This document shows, one piece after another, positions 14,150 to 28,578 of a DNA stretch of 64,000 bases. Position numbers and translations under genes: made by a program. This DNA comes from Octopus vulgaris (taxonomy: Eukaryota), in assembly GCA_951406725.2 (NCBI GenBank), contig OX597818.1, forward strand, positions 82,212,001 to 82,276,000, given 5' to 3'. How positions within the stretch are numbered: position 1 is the stretch's first letter; every line of letters begins with the position of its first letter. The notes under the pieces are model-generated. The model saw only the letters and a list, made by a program, of their open reading frames with translations, was not told the DNA's origin and made no database searches.

Positions 14150-14335
14150 ATAGTTTTAATACGTTGGGTGGGTCACTGCTCGTAATTGTGACTGTCACAA
14201 AGCATAAAAGTTTTGAAGTCGAGGCAGTGTAAACGCTACTGCATCAAGAAGATTCGTTTGCTGCAACAGACGAGCGACAGGGAGAGGTTAAAAGACTAGG
14301 GATCTACTCTTTAAGGCGAAGTGGCTTAAGACATT
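14150..14335 (+). mobile_element. Short CR1/L2-like RT C-terminal relic
   Basis: GAGAGGTTAAAAGACTAGGGATCTACTCTTTAAGGCGA reads approximately ERLKRLGIYSLRR with a frameshift. Confidence 0.4.
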
Positions 14336-14414
14336 CAGTTATATATTTACATACATAAATACATGCACACACACACACACGTACACATTAACACACACAC
14401 GCAGAGATGTAAAT

Positions 14415-14484
<70 letters not shown>

Positions 14485-14489
14485 CCTCC

Positions 14490-15330
14490 CCTCACACATT
14501 CATGATACCGACCATATACTTCGTCTCTAATTCCTTCTCCTTTCCTCACAACCCATCAAAACTACTGTTCACTATTGACATCAACTACTTATACACTGTT
14601 ATCCCTCATAATGTGGTCCTCTGCACATTAAAATGCTTCTCCACTCTTCGTCTTTATCCTCCTCCTCATACCTCCACTCTCCCCCGTTTGACTGAAAATT
14701 TCCTCTCTTTAAATTTTTCGTTCGCAGAAGAATTGTACCATAACCGGAGTGTAGCGCATGGAAACGCGAATGGGCCTCAACTATGCAATCCTATTTGTCG
14801 ATTCTGTTGAGCCCCCAAATATTATCTCCTGTCACCGGCACCACACCCAATCTATACGGTCCATACATTGACAACTGTATCGGTGCGAGCTCAGTCTCCC
14901 GCGAACATGTCAACACCTTTCTCTCTTCCATCCAATCGTTCCATCCGGCACTTGGATTGTCTTGCTCTGTCTACAACATATCTGTCAACGTTCCAAACAT
15001 TTCTATAACCATCCACTATTCCTCTCTACTACCTCCATCCATTATAACCATACAAGCACACACTCTTATCCAAACTTCTCTAACCCCTACCGATGCAAAA
15101 CTGTCTATCCCTTACTCTCTGTACCTCCATCTCTGCAGGGAATACATAAACATATCATCTTCAGACATACACTTGTTTGCCACACACTTTAGATACATGA
15201 CTATTGTCTGTCTTGCCATCCAAAACGCCAACCATTTACTTCCTTCCGGTCAATTCAACACATGCAACTGTTAATCCAATCACGCTAATTTTCTCTCCGT
15301 TTTCCCTCCCTAGACATCTAGGGTCCAATA
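14490..15330 (+). mobile_element. Decayed Penelope-like reverse transcriptase fragment
   Basis: LLFTIDINYLYTVIPH (motif A), TGVA-METRMGLNYAILFVDSVE (GVAMGT.MGP.YANLF motif B across a frameshift), YGPYIDNCIG (YIDD motif C), FHPALGLS and SIPYSLYLHLCR. Confidence 0.85.
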
Positions 15331-15344
15331 TCGTGTAGCACATA

Positions 15345-15790
15345 AGTTATAACAATCCCTGAATTAAACACCATGGCAAATATCTCATCCACTTGATCCA
15401 GATTAAAGAGCCTTTTACGTGGGTGGGTTGTATGGATTCAATGCGGTTTAAGCTCTGATGATATAAAGTCAGTTTGAATATCGATAAGAAAGTACAAAGG
15501 CAAGTAAAAATTGACCGCAATGGAACATTTATTTCCGTCGCCGAATTCAATACTTCAACTAGTACAAAAAATGGAACTCTGTCAAAACCTTTACATGGTT
15601 TCACAAGGTTTCTCAAAGTTGTATTTAAATGTTAGAAGAAACACAAAACATAGCGTCAAATATTCTGGTTATAAATCTCTCTTTGCTGAAAATGCACATT
15701 GGTAAAAGCTGATCTCATATCGAAGACCAAAGCTCGATCGTAACAAACTCTCCTCCCTATGGTATTAGCGAGAAAATCGTCCATTAAATA
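15345..15790 (-). mobile_element. Decayed PLE RT fragment (second family, opposite strand)
   Basis: Minus strand FDMRSAFTNV (FDV.SLFTNV motif) near 15700-15730, and IWIK/VDEIFA (W.RYVDDIF) near 15375-15405. Confidence 0.5.
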
Positions 15791-16997
15791 GCTGTCTATC
15801 ACGTTAAGGGGTAGACATTCCAAGTAAAACTAAATGGACTGGAATATCAGGTAATGAGCAAAATGGGTATCTAATTGTAAAGAGGCAAAAAGTGGATAGC
15901 TAAATGTAAAGAGCGAAGTTGCTTCTTTTACAAACCAATACCGTAACAGCTTCCGATTCAAGGACCTACAGACCTGTAAATGATCTACGAAGTGTAGATA
16001 CGGATGTGTTGAAGGGACGAACATAGTCGTCCGGCATCTACAGACACACAGACACACACACACACACACACATACTTTCTCTCTCTCTCTCTCTCTATCA
16101 AGTCTTGATGAGTTAAGTTCGTTCTACGAGCCTTCAAAATATTAATCTGCGCGGATCTGAGTAAAATCTAATTAAAACAAGGTATATGTATATGTAAATC
16201 TCAAAAACGGCGTTACCTTAGATCGTTTGTCCATTCACTCTAAGATATATCTGTGTATGTGCGCGTGTGTATGTATATATGCATGTCTGTGTATGTATGT
16301 ATACATACAAACATATATATGCATACATACATAAATATATATGTGTATGTGTATGCGTACATACATACGTATATATGTATGTATGCATGTATGTATAATG
16401 CTTGGAACTTCAACTACTAATGTAGTCTTCGCAGTTAAGCCGAGTGTTGCTGATACATCTCCAAGTATGAGAAAATCTCATTTCTTCTCAGGAATGAAAT
16501 TGTACTATTCCGACTGCGATGGGTCGAAATGCAATTAAACTCCTGCTGGATTTGAACTCAGGACTTAGGCCTCCAGAAATATGCAGCTAAAATTATGCTT
16601 ATTTTCCTGTTACATACATACATATGTACAAACACACATGTGTGTATGCATATAACATCGATTGTGTATGGAAGCAGAGAAATAGCTTGTTTCTTCGCCT
16701 CGAAAATGACTAGTTAGATCTAAATGTGGTTAATATTATTATATTATAACCTCCACCTATTTAACCCCCAAGATGGTATAAAAATATAAGGGCGAAAGGA
16801 GAAGACATTAAGAGGGAGAGGTGTTAAGTGCGGTCTTGGAATATTGGATATTCGATAGCAAATCCTGCAGCTGACGCGCATTTAATTACCGACGCTGTAT
16901 ACACTTTCTTAGGAGCACAGAATATTATTAACTTGCTTTTCACGAGTTGTATGCATGTGCGCGTTTGTGTTTATACATACATACATACATACACGTA

Positions 16998-17040
<43 letters not shown>

Positions 17041-17060
17041 CATGTATATAAGTATATGTA

Positions 17061-17107
<47 letters not shown>

Positions 17108-18672
17108 CATATTCACGTGTTTCTACTCAATTGTTGTTCTATTACTATGCTGTGTCTTCGTTCATCTTCTTTTTACGTATATGTATATATGCTTCTGTGC
17201 GCTTAGGATTGTTGCTGTGCAGGCGTAATTGTGATGATAAGAGACAGAATAAGAGTGCTCACACATGAGGAAATGTTCGTATCTTTGTGCGTGTCTATAC
17301 CACTGTGCGTATATGTGTATGTGTGTGTGTGTGTATGCAATGAGTCTACCCTTATATGATGTTATCCAGAGCGGTGTTCTGTTTTTTATTGTTTCATTTT
17401 GCCTGTCACTCAATCCAGAAATGCGGCAGTGGGTTTTCAAATTTCGACCATCGATGTTTGCTAATCGCTCCATAAAACGACAGAAAAAGCAACAAAAAAC
17501 ATGTCCTCTATTTTCTCTCTTTTTTATTGATATTCTTTTTTTTAATCTTCGGTTTGAAATTTCAAATTGATGAAACTACAATGTTTTCTTAAGCTTAAAA
17601 TCGATCGAGTTGGTGATGGTGTTGCGGTGGTGCTGATAGGAAATATCGTGTTGAATAAATCTAAAAGAGAAAATATAACTGAAATTAATACTCGATTCAA
17701 TATTAAAAAGTATTTTAATTACTATTGGAAACTATAATATTTTATAGTTTATTGTGTTTCTTAGGTTTCAATTGAAATTCGAACTTGGAATGGTGAATTT
17801 GGATTCCATTTTCCACCACCATATTTATTTTATGAAAACATCTCAGTTTTGTAAATTTGGAATGTAAAAATTTTTTAAAAATGTAAAAGAAAATATAAAG
17901 AATATGACAATCATTTTCAGACATTCGCCTATTTAAATAAAACATGGCTAGTGTTTGCATGTGTGCGCGCTAGTACCGGTGTGTCAGTGTGTCCGTGTGT
18001 GTGTGTGTTCACGTGTTTTGTGAAATGCTAACAATGGAAACATTTCTTGAAAGTGCTTTTGGCAACTGAGTTTGCTGAATTTAGAGTTATTGGTAATGGC
18101 GTTCTTGAAATCATTTTGGATATCATTTCAATATTTGCATATAAGCAGCTGATAATACAAACATTTATTTATTTCGTTATTACATTTATTTCGCTGTGAA
18201 ATGGCAGAAACGGAAGAGCGCCGTACGAAACACGAAGCTGTATTTGATTATATCCCTCCACTTTGCACGTTCAAATTTAACTTTGTCTTTCATCCTTCCG
18301 GGGACAATAAAACAAACATCAATTAAATAATTAAGTAATATTCTTCGACTCTACTAAACCTTACCAAAAATATTAAAAAGAATAAAATTTAAATCACGAG
18401 TCAACGCGGTGTAGAAATGCGTGTTGGACCGAGTTGGTAATAGCGCGATCTCTCTTAAATTATACATTAATGTCAATAAAACGAAATTGTATTGTATAAC
18501 TTTGCCCGAGCTATTATGTCTAAAAATACAAAGGAATCATCACAGTTGAAAAGCATTTAATCATAGATCTGCAAGATTAGATCCGATCTTTGAAAACAGT
18601 GACGACAATAAAAGTGTGACCGGGTGCTTAAAATATTTAATATCAGTTTACAGCATTGCGTTAAAATTAATA

Positions 18673-18835
18673 GGCGTGGCAGTGCGGTTAAAAGTTTATT
18701 TCCCAACCGCATAATTCCCAGTTCGTTTCCTCCGGTGTGACACCTTGGGAAAAATGATTTGTACTATAAGCATCACCCCGAGCAAAGCCCTACGCGTGGG
18801 TGTGGTCAACGGAACCTTAAACATGCTCGTAGTAT
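18673..18835 (+). mobile_element. SINE family A head fragment
   Basis: GGCGTGGCAGTGCGGTTAAAAG...TTCCCAACCGCAT...CACCTTGGG. Confidence 0.7.
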
Positions 18836-18849
18836 ATAAATATATATAC

Positions 18850-19065
18850 CCTCTCTTTTACCCTCTTTTACTCGTTTCAGTCATTTGATTGCGGCCATGC
18901 TGGAGCACCGCCTTTTAGTTGAGCAAATCGAACCTAGGACTTATTCTTTCGAACCTAGTACTTATTCTATCGGTATCTTTTGGCGAACTGCTTCGTTACG
19001 GGGACGTAAACACACCACCATCGGTTCTCAAGCGATGTTGGGGGTACAAACACAGACATACACAA
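18850..19065 (-). mobile_element. SINE family A 3' half
   Basis: Plus strand GTTTCAGTCATTTGATTGCGGCCATGCTGGAGCACCGCC is the reverse complement of the family tail. Confidence 0.85.
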
Positions 19066-19078
19066 ACATATACACACG

Positions 19079-19166
<88 letters not shown>

Positions 19167-20746
19167 GATTCAGTACTGATTTTAACATCAGTGATTCATC
19201 TTTAAGGTTGCAGAGATGTAGTTTGGAAAGGAGAGCATCATCACTATCTGTGAAGAAGCCTTGAAAACATCGAAAAGAAGTGTATTATGTTTTTCTTCTA
19301 CTTATTGCGTCTAGAGGAACAGAGAGCGCATAGAAACGTTGCAGGTTCTCCTAGAAGAATGAGCTTGAAGCCGTAAATATTCCACATAATTTTTTATAGG
19401 TCGACATTTATAGGAAAGATTTGAGCACAATTACAGGAAGAGATAGGAAAGACACAAGTGTAATCAGTAACGTGAATTTCGTTTCTGAAGAGTAGAAGGT
19501 GTGATTTGAGGAAAATTTCACTACTCATTCTCGTATGATGAATTACTTGTAAAAGTTCTCTGTCTTTCTTCTTCTCTCTCCTGTCTGTCTGTCTCTCTCT
19601 TCCTTTCCCTCTCCCCCTTCCTTTCACTCTACCCTTTCTCTCTTTCTTTCTCTGTCGCTGTTTCTGTCTCTCTTGCTTTTTAATTTTATTTTCTGTATAT
19701 TCATAAATGTGCAGGAATTTGATTACCGCAGAGGTTCTTTGAATTGATTTTGTGCAAAAATTAACATCTTACACCCTACTTTTAACAGGACCTGAATGCA
19801 CTTGCCATGTAACTAACCATCTTTGTGAGAGAAGATTCAACCAAGAAATGACTTTGTAATTATATAGTAGCAATCATTCATAAAAACATATATATACTAA
19901 CATCTTCATCTAATTCATTACGCAATCAACCACTTTGTTAGGTTGGTATATAATAATAAAACATGGGATAACGTTTTGGCTCTTTGAGTAATAACTCTGA
20001 AGACTCCAAGTAAATTTCGAGTACATATCAAGCAATATGTGTCAGAGTAGACATCCGTTTTCTAACCTCAACACCGAAGATGTTTGTTTGAAATGCTACG
20101 TATCCCTATGGTTTATAATAATCACCATAAGCTAAAAATCTCTGGAGTATGCTGGATCTCATCTGTTTTAACCTCTACACTATTTTCCAGCTCTGTCGAG
20201 ATATGAAACATCATCAGCGACTGCTATTTTGTCAGATTCCTCCATTTATACTCTCCAATAAATTCCAACCACTTTCCCTGAAATATCTCCCCATATAACT
20301 TCCATATTGTTTTCGCAAAATTTATACTTGCTTCTATATTTTTATATCATCCATTACATTTTACCACTTTCATCATTTAAACTGCACACATAACACACGC
20401 TAAATTTCACTATATATATATATATATATATATATTTTTCCATGTTTTGCTATCGCCTTTTAACATTTTCTCTTTCATTTTCAATTATATATTTTAGAAC
20501 TTAATTTACAATTCTAAAAAAAAAAGAAAAAAGAAAGGAAAAATATATTTCACTACGTTTTATTATATTTTTATTATTTCTATTAAACTTTACTGTTTTC
20601 TGTCAAATCTTTGGCTGCTTTTTCTATTATATAGTTTTAGAGTTCCTTTACTAATTAACAAACGCACATACACATGCAAATACATACACACACTCACATA
20701 CATATATGTATGCAGTTAAATATAATATATGTTATAATATATATGC

Positions 20747-20779
<33 letters not shown>

Positions 20780-21000
20780 TATATGTATATATATATATAC
20801 ATGCATACATATATATATATGCTTATATAAGTATGTGCGTATGCATGTAAGAGTATGTTTTATACAAACACACACACACATATATACATATATACATACA
20901 TGCACATATATATGTATATATGTATATATGTATACATATATACATATATATATATACATATATACATATATATAGATATATATATATATACATATATATG

Positions 21001-21054
<54 letters not shown>

Positions 21055-21754
21055 GTGTGTGTGGATGCCCGTATAAATTCATTTCTTTGTATGTAACTGC
21101 ATGTATGTGTCTGTTAATTAATGAAAGAATGGTGTCACTATATAATAGAATTATGAGTTAAAGAAATGACAGGACTGCGTACACACTTAAGAATACACAA
21201 ATGCACACAAGCAAACATACACATAAACATTTAAACACAAACACATACACGCCTACATACACACATATATAAAGGAACATAAGCCCAGCTAGTATAACTT
21301 CAATTCGTGTAACTGATTTGTTTAATCGCTAAGACTGCACAGCCACTGAACAAGGTGTCGGTGCAATGATTTTGTGTCTACAAGTCTTGCAGAAACGTTA
21401 GATTGATACCGAAGTATACGACATAGAGACGATTTGAGGTATATTGCTATAAGTTTTGGTCAGGGACTTCGTTATGTTTCTGTGATAAGTAAACGTGTGC
21501 CTTTGTTGCATTAAAGTCTGTAACACATTTAGTTACAAAGCGTATGTATGATTTTGTTGTTATAAAGAGTGGTTAATATATAAATCGACAGGGGGATGTA
21601 ACGAACATGTACCTTCATATATTAATGCCGATGTATGTGCGTCAGTATATACACGCAAACATATACAGATACACAACACACAAATATGCACATATTCACA
21701 TTCATGTATACATGTGTGTGCCAGTTATATTTATATATGGCGTCATAAATGTGT

Positions 21755-21803
<49 letters not shown>

Positions 21804-23269
21804 CATACAGAGACACACACACATACATGTGTGTGTTTAAATGTCACTTTACAAATTTTGACAAATATTTATCATGTATTTCATCATTTAGTTAAAACTC
21901 TATTTGTATTCCTTTATTACATCAACTTTTAGTTATAAACTTTTTTCTAACACTTTCTACTAATGCTTTTAAAGCCATACCTAATTTTTTCGCTTTTTAT
22001 TGTTTGTTTGAATATTTAATTTTTGTTTTTATTCTAACACTTTTCTCTTTTACAAACAAACATTCCATATTTTAAAAGTTGAAAACGCCTAACTGCTAAC
22101 AGTTCTCTGAAGAAGAAAAATGGCATATAATTAACACCCTTAGCTTGAGGAAAATAAATAAACAAACAAAGACATAAATTTATAGTCAAAGATGAAATAT
22201 TCCACGTAGTAATCATATGAAAACAGCTTTCAACAAATATGACGATGGTTTATAACAGGAAGTGGTAGGGGATGATAATTAACCAAAATAAACAAATAAA
22301 TGCTAAAAGGGGAAAACAGGATTAAGACAGCATGTCAATGGACTGTGGATATGTGCTAATTTAGAGAGAAAAAAGGCAATATTTTCCTTCGTATATCTGA
22401 CATCAAAGCAAACACGCATATCAACATTAATATGGTCCTATTAATGTTATCGCTGTAATGGTGTCTATTTTTCTGTTGTCGAACTATATTCATCGCTTAA
22501 TTTAAAAAACAGAATGAGCTAAGAGAAATAACTGAGAGTTGCCAATGGCGTGTATTTGAATAATATAGACAAATACAGGTATATTAAATAACATACAACG
22601 TAAATTCATGATTTATTGCAACTACCTCCGACTTTAGAGGCTGTATCATAATTAACAATTGACAATTAAAAGAGCCTCATAAGAGAAGGGAAATCATCTT
22701 AAGATTCAAGACATTTCCAAAGGTGATTTGTCATTAAGGAAACGACAGGGTCATTGTCGGATGATTAACTGTATCGCTTTATTTATGGAAAAATGACCGA
22801 AGTGAGGCAACTGAAAATGGCCATTGGCATGTATTTCAATAATTCAATGACAGAAACACATAGAGATATATAAAATAAAACAATTATCTCCTTCTGTAGA
22901 GGATGAGGCATAAATACCAATTAGCAATTAAGGTGAACTACATATGGGGTTTAATCTAGAATTCTACATAGTCGATATGCCTTTAAGGAAAAGAACAAAC
23001 TAATTGTCAGGAAATAAAAGGACAGTCGAGGAAACGTGTTTTTGGATGGGTAGTTGACAGCACGACAAATGTCCGACGGCTGCTGGTTACATGCTGTTGG
23101 ACAAGTATGCTTTTCCCATTGTGGTAGATGAATATAAATAGTAGTTTCAATGTCGAACGTCGAAGAGTTTGCCCTGTAAGAATTTTAGCCTATATTTTAG
23201 ACAAGATGAGCTGACAAAATCGCAAGCCTCTTGCTTCGGGGTTTACCCCAACAGCGTGGCATCTTGGGA

Positions 23270-23825
23270 GGTGTCCTCTTCTATAGCCTTGATCCCATTA
23301 ATGTCTTGTGAGACGATTTGGTACAATGGAACTGAAAAAAGCCCATCGTGCATATGTATACATACATACATATATATGTGTGTGTGTGTTTGTTTGTTTG
23401 CGTGTGTGTGTATGTGTGTGTATGTGTTTGTGTGTGTTTCTTGTCTGTGTTTGACCTTCCCCTGCATGAAAACCAGTGCGGTAACTCAACGATTCGACAA
23501 AAGAGACTGATAAAACAAGCATCGGGCTTTAATAAAATAAGTATTGGGGTCGATACATTCCACTAAAAACTCTTCAAGGCGATGCCTCCGCGTGACCGCA
23601 CTCTAATGACTGAAAGAAGTAGAAGATGAAAGATAAATGTTTAAAGAAATCGGACAAAACACTTAGCAGCGTTTATTCCATTTCTTAACGTACTGAGTTC
23701 AAATCTCGCCCAGGTCAATTTTGCCAATAATCCCTTCGGGATCGATAAAATAATGTACCAGACAAGTGCTGTGGAGGATATCATCAACTAGTCACCTCAC
23801 CTCCAATGAAAGTTACTAGTCTTGA
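23270..23825 (+). mobile_element. SINE family A (about 23270-23635) followed by SINE family B (about 23640-23825)
   Basis: Family motifs as in other copies. Confidence 0.7.
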
Positions 23826-24935
23826 ACCCTACAACGGACAGGCATTCCGTTCAGACGGAATGTTGTGGTCTCCGTTACATATACGCCATATAAACCGTAT
23901 AACCAGCTGCATAATTCTCATAACTCAAGGAAAATACTTAAAGAATTTAAAAGAATGGGCCATAATAGAAAAGCCTGTTTGGCTCAGATTAGAATTAACA
24001 TATTGGAATTGTATTTTATACTTAATTTTCCTGACTTGCGTGAAATATCATAACATCGGTTTAATATTTCTTATAAGGTGTAGCCGTGTGTAGTATGAAG
24101 CTTGCTTCCCAATCACATGGTTCTGGTTTCAATCTCACTGCATGGAACATGGGACAAAAGTCCTCTACTATAGTATTGGGCTCACTAAAGACTTGTGAGT
24201 GCATTTGATAGACATTAATTTAGATCAAAGCAATAATAGAAATAATAAACATAGTGGGATGGGTCATCCTAGCAATAATCAAAATAGAATACATAATGTG
24301 AAGAACACCACTAACCATCGAGTGGGAACAGTTGGAAGAGTTAAAGGTAGAGAGTCCGTGCAATTAGAATACAACAATAGAGTGCCTAGAACGAAAAAAG
24401 CAGAGTACAAGTTTACATGAATTTGTGCCAATTGAAGTGCTAAGAGGATTAGATAAAAATGGACCTAGATGTCCTATTCAGATAGGGAAGGTAACCAATA
24501 CGTAAGCTCTACCATTAGTATTACACAAATAATTAACAAATATAATAGCAAACAAACCCAATGTCAAAATAAAGACCAGGTACAAAATGTTTAGGTAGAA
24601 ATAGAAATACATACCCTAATAACATAGATACCTCTAGAAATAGTGTTTTTACCACACACACAAAAACACACACTCACACACACAGAGCTTTAAATGCAAT
24701 ATATACAAAAGACACACACACAAACACTCCACAAACACACGTAGTTGAATGGCCATTGACTACTTTGTAGTTTCTCCGCCCTTTGACGGGTCTTAATTTT
24801 TGTCCTGCAGGGTGTTCAACAAACATCCACCTCACCAAGCAAGACTGGTGGGTTTGCCAGCTTAGTCGCCGACAACCGACCATGCAACAGGTTGTACTGC
24901 ACTACATGGTATTAGTAGCACTGTAGAGCGCCCTG

Positions 24936-24972
<37 letters not shown>

Positions 24973-25090
24973 TATAGAAGGAGCCTCAACAGGACCAGCA
25001 CTGTTTCACTCAAGAGAAACCTAATTTTACTCTGCTATGTATTGAGTACCTTACTTACTGTGGTTAACCCCGAATCAACCCGGGACCTAC

Positions 25091-25121
<31 letters not shown>

Positions 25122-25149
25122 TACATACATACATATATGTATGTATGTA

Positions 25150-25221
<72 letters not shown>

Positions 25222-25329
25222 TACATACATACATATATGTATGTATGTACGAATGTATGTATGTGTGTATATATATATATACATATAAACATACATATAT
25301 GTATGTATGTATATATGTGTGTGTGTCTT

Positions 25330-25535
25330 TATGTCTGTGTTTGTCAACCCACCACCGCTCGACAACGGGTGTTGGTGTGTTTACGTTTCCGTAACCTAGC
25401 GGTTCGGGCAGATGGAACGAGAGAATAAGTTATAGGCTTACAGAAATAAGTTCTAATGTCGATTTGTTCGCCTAAAACCCTTCAAGGCATAGCCAGCATA
25501 GCCGCAGTCAAATGACTGAAACAAGTAAAAGATAA
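25330..25535 (+). mobile_element. SINE family A 3' half (a matching head fragment lies at about 24078-24210)
   Basis: ACCACCGCTCGACAACGGGTGTTGGTGTGTTTACG...CAGTCAAATGACTGAAACAAGTAAAAG. Confidence 0.85.
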
Positions 25536-26127
25536 AATATAACATCTGAAAGAAAGGCAGTGAACATAGTCTTCTTGCAGGCGTGTACACCCAATGCACA
25601 ACATTAATTAGCTTTAAATTTTTGTAGTGTGTCTTGTTACCACACACTTTAACATGTTGAAATGATCGGAAGGTAACGAAAGAGTCTCTTTCAGGTCGTG
25701 TGATGTACTAGAAATAACAGAGAACTTGTCCTGAAATCACTCTCTTACATAACGTTATCTTAGAAATATTCTATCAGAGAAAAAAAAATGAAAAAAACCT
25801 GGTTGTTATAACTTAAGATATCCTGTGTCAAAATAGCAACAGCTTGTTGTTCAAAGCAAGCTAAAACGTGAAACTCTATGTGGTTGATCACCCAACCTGT
25901 TATAAATAGTAGTCAAATCTCCTCCAAATATTAGCCTAATCACATAAAAGTTCTGGTGTTCTCTGATAACCAAGATGAGATGAGAACTAGTTGAATACTC
26001 TTTATCATGGGCGTGTTAATTCCTCTTTGCATTTTCTATCATTTTGCTTTATTTAAACAAGGCTGGGCTATTTTGAAATCATGTGTTGTATAAACATACA
26101 TTGTTACATATATAATATCGAATGTAG

Positions 26128-26515
26128 ACGCGTGTATAGCTGCGTGGATAAGAAGTTGGCTTTGCAAACACGTTTTCGGGTTCAGTTCCACAGTGCGACA
26201 TTTTGGGCAAGTATTTCAATAGCCCCGGAGCGACCACTCTCTTGTGAGTGAATTTCATAGATGGTCACTGTATGGAAACCCGTCATACATATAGATGAAT
26301 GTATGTATGTGTATGTATCTTTGAATTTGTCCCCTTCCACTTCAGCTTGGCAAATAGCCCGTGTTGATTTGTTTAAGTCACCTTAACTTAGCTATTCAGC
26401 AAAATAGCTCCAATAGAATAAGCACCAGACTTTAAAAAAAATATCCGTGCTGGGTGCCATTTTTTCAACCAAAACCTTTCATGGTCGCTGTTCAATATGT
26501 AAAACAAGTAGAAAA
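26128..26515 (+). mobile_element. SINE family A, decayed
   Basis: Head, body and tail similarity to the 5960-6415 copy. Confidence 0.7.
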
Positions 26516-27311
26516 ATAAAACATTCCATTTTCAAGATATCTCCTCAAAATCACTTTATGATTTTGTGATATGGATCTGACTGACAAGGAGGACTAGACT
26601 GGAGATTTTTTTTTCTTTTCTACTCATAAATGATCAACTAAAGCTTTCGAATACTTTCTCAATTCTTTGAGAATTGTATAAGTATTGCAGTGATGGCTGT
26701 ACTTTAGTAATTTTAGAGGAAGATCTTAAGCAAATCAGAAGTGTGAGAAACTTGTTTAAGTGAAGTTAGTTCAAATCAGAGAGAGGAGAGAACTAGGTAA
26801 AAAGAGAGGGAAAAAGAAATGGATAGAGAATGAAAGAGGGTGGGAGAAAGAGACAGGAAGAGAAAGGGAGAGAGGGAGAAAAGAGAAACGGAGAGAGTGG
26901 GAGAGATAGATAGATAGGGGCGCGATAATATTAATTGCAGAAAGGGGATAAAATGAGTGTTTTGAACAATAAATAAGAATCTTGACCTTTTCAAATCGAT
27001 AGAAGTTTGAAGAACACTTGGGAGAATTGACATTTGAGAAATATTTTAAAATTATTCAGTCTTACAAATTGTAGCTTGGAGTCAGAGCCCTTGCTCATTA
27101 TCTAACTGTAAACATAGATTTTATCATGAACTAAATCGACACAAGTACAAGTGAAGCAACGATGTATATGCTACTGATGAGTAAATTAGGAAAGGCAAGT
27201 TGGATACCAGCGGGATTTGAACTTGTACAACATTACAGGCTCATCACAATTTTTTATAAAGTGAATAGGTAAAGTGCCGAGCTAGTACCATCGTTAGTAC
27301 GCCGGGTAAAA

Positions 27312-27607
27312 TTTTTTTATTCCTTCTCGAGCCACGCCTGATTCATAAGGGCCAGTTTCCCGGTTTCTTTGGCATATAGGTTCCCCACCTGGACGGGACG
27401 CCGGTCCGTTGCAGGTGAGCTGCAAGATGCAGGAGGAAAGAGTGAGAGACAGTTGTGGCGAAAGAGTCAGCAGGAGTTGGCCATTACCTTCTGCAGGAGC
27501 TTCGTGGAGTTTAGGTGTTTCGCTCATAAACACACACATCGCCCGGTCTGAGATTCGGACCCGCGATCCCCCGATCGCTGCTCTAACCACTGGGCCATAT
27601 GCCTCCA
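27312..27607 (-). mobile_element. SINE family C (OR-like), tail type 2, inserted with a 10-bp TSD into a family B SINE (27273-27765)
   Basis: Minus-strand head GGAGGCATATGGCCCAGTGGTTAGAGCAGCG; TSD CCGGGTAAAA at 27302-27311 and 27608-27617; the flanks rejoin to the family B consensus GTTAG.ACGCCGGG.AAAAT.CTTAG. Confidence 0.9.
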
Positions 27608-27945
27608 CCGGGTAAAAATACTTAGTGGTTAATTTCGTCTGTCTCTACTTTCTGTGTTCAAATTCCGCCAATGTCTACTTTGCATTTCATTCTTTCGGAG
27701 TCGATGAGCACTGGGGTCGATGTACTTTCTTGAAATTTCTGGACATGTGCCATATTTTGAAACCAGTATAGTGATTAAGTGTAATACTAGATTATAAGCA
27801 ATATTGGATTAATAATAACTTTACATACAAACTTGAACGAAAAAAACAAAACTAATTGCCTCTTTTGGGATTTGAAAGTAAGATTTGTCGTAATCCTCAC
27901 TAAATAATGATTTCTAACTTAAGAAGATATCTAGAAAGCTGAGAA

Positions 27946-28253
27946 CAGTGTTTTCTCAATCAGTTTGCGCACATGTAAACCTTTGATTCCTATTTTCCTC
28001 TACTGGACTTCCACAGACATTCAATATGTATATAATAAAACATCCTACTGTATTTTTATAATAAATTATTACTATTTTATTCGTTTCAGTCACTTTGATT
28101 GCAGCCATGCTGGATCACCGCCTTTAGTCGAACACATCTGGACTTATTCTTTGCATGCCTAGTACTAATCCTATCGGTCTCTTTTGCCGAATCGCTAAGT
28201 TACAAAGGCGTAAACACAAGAACATCGGTTGTCAAGTGACGTTGGGGGAATAC

Positions 28254-28308
<55 letters not shown>

Positions 28309-28578
28309 AGTACCAAATCAACTCACAGAGCTTTAGTCATCTGGAGGCTATATTAGGAGACACTCGCCTGAGATGCCACGCAGTGCGACTGAAACCGGAA
28401 CCACGTAGTTGGTAAGCAAGCTACTAACCACACAGTCACTCCTGCGCCTATTATTAGGAATGCTATAAAAAATTAAAATATTTTAAGTATTGTAGATGTA
28501 AAAAGCAATGTATTGTACATTAATTTTAACAAATAAAACTTATGTAGACCCTGTATGGACCCCTGTTGAGAACCACTG
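27946..28578. mobile_element. Non-autonomous hAT (Charlie-like) element containing a minus-strand SINE A (about 28080-28448)
   Basis: TIRs CAGTGTTTTCTCAA and TTGAGAACCACTG, with subterminal ATGGACCCC motif. Confidence 0.65.

Noticed and set aside
19850-20350. Possible DNA transposase relic on the minus strand
   Set aside because: No diagnostic motif could be read.
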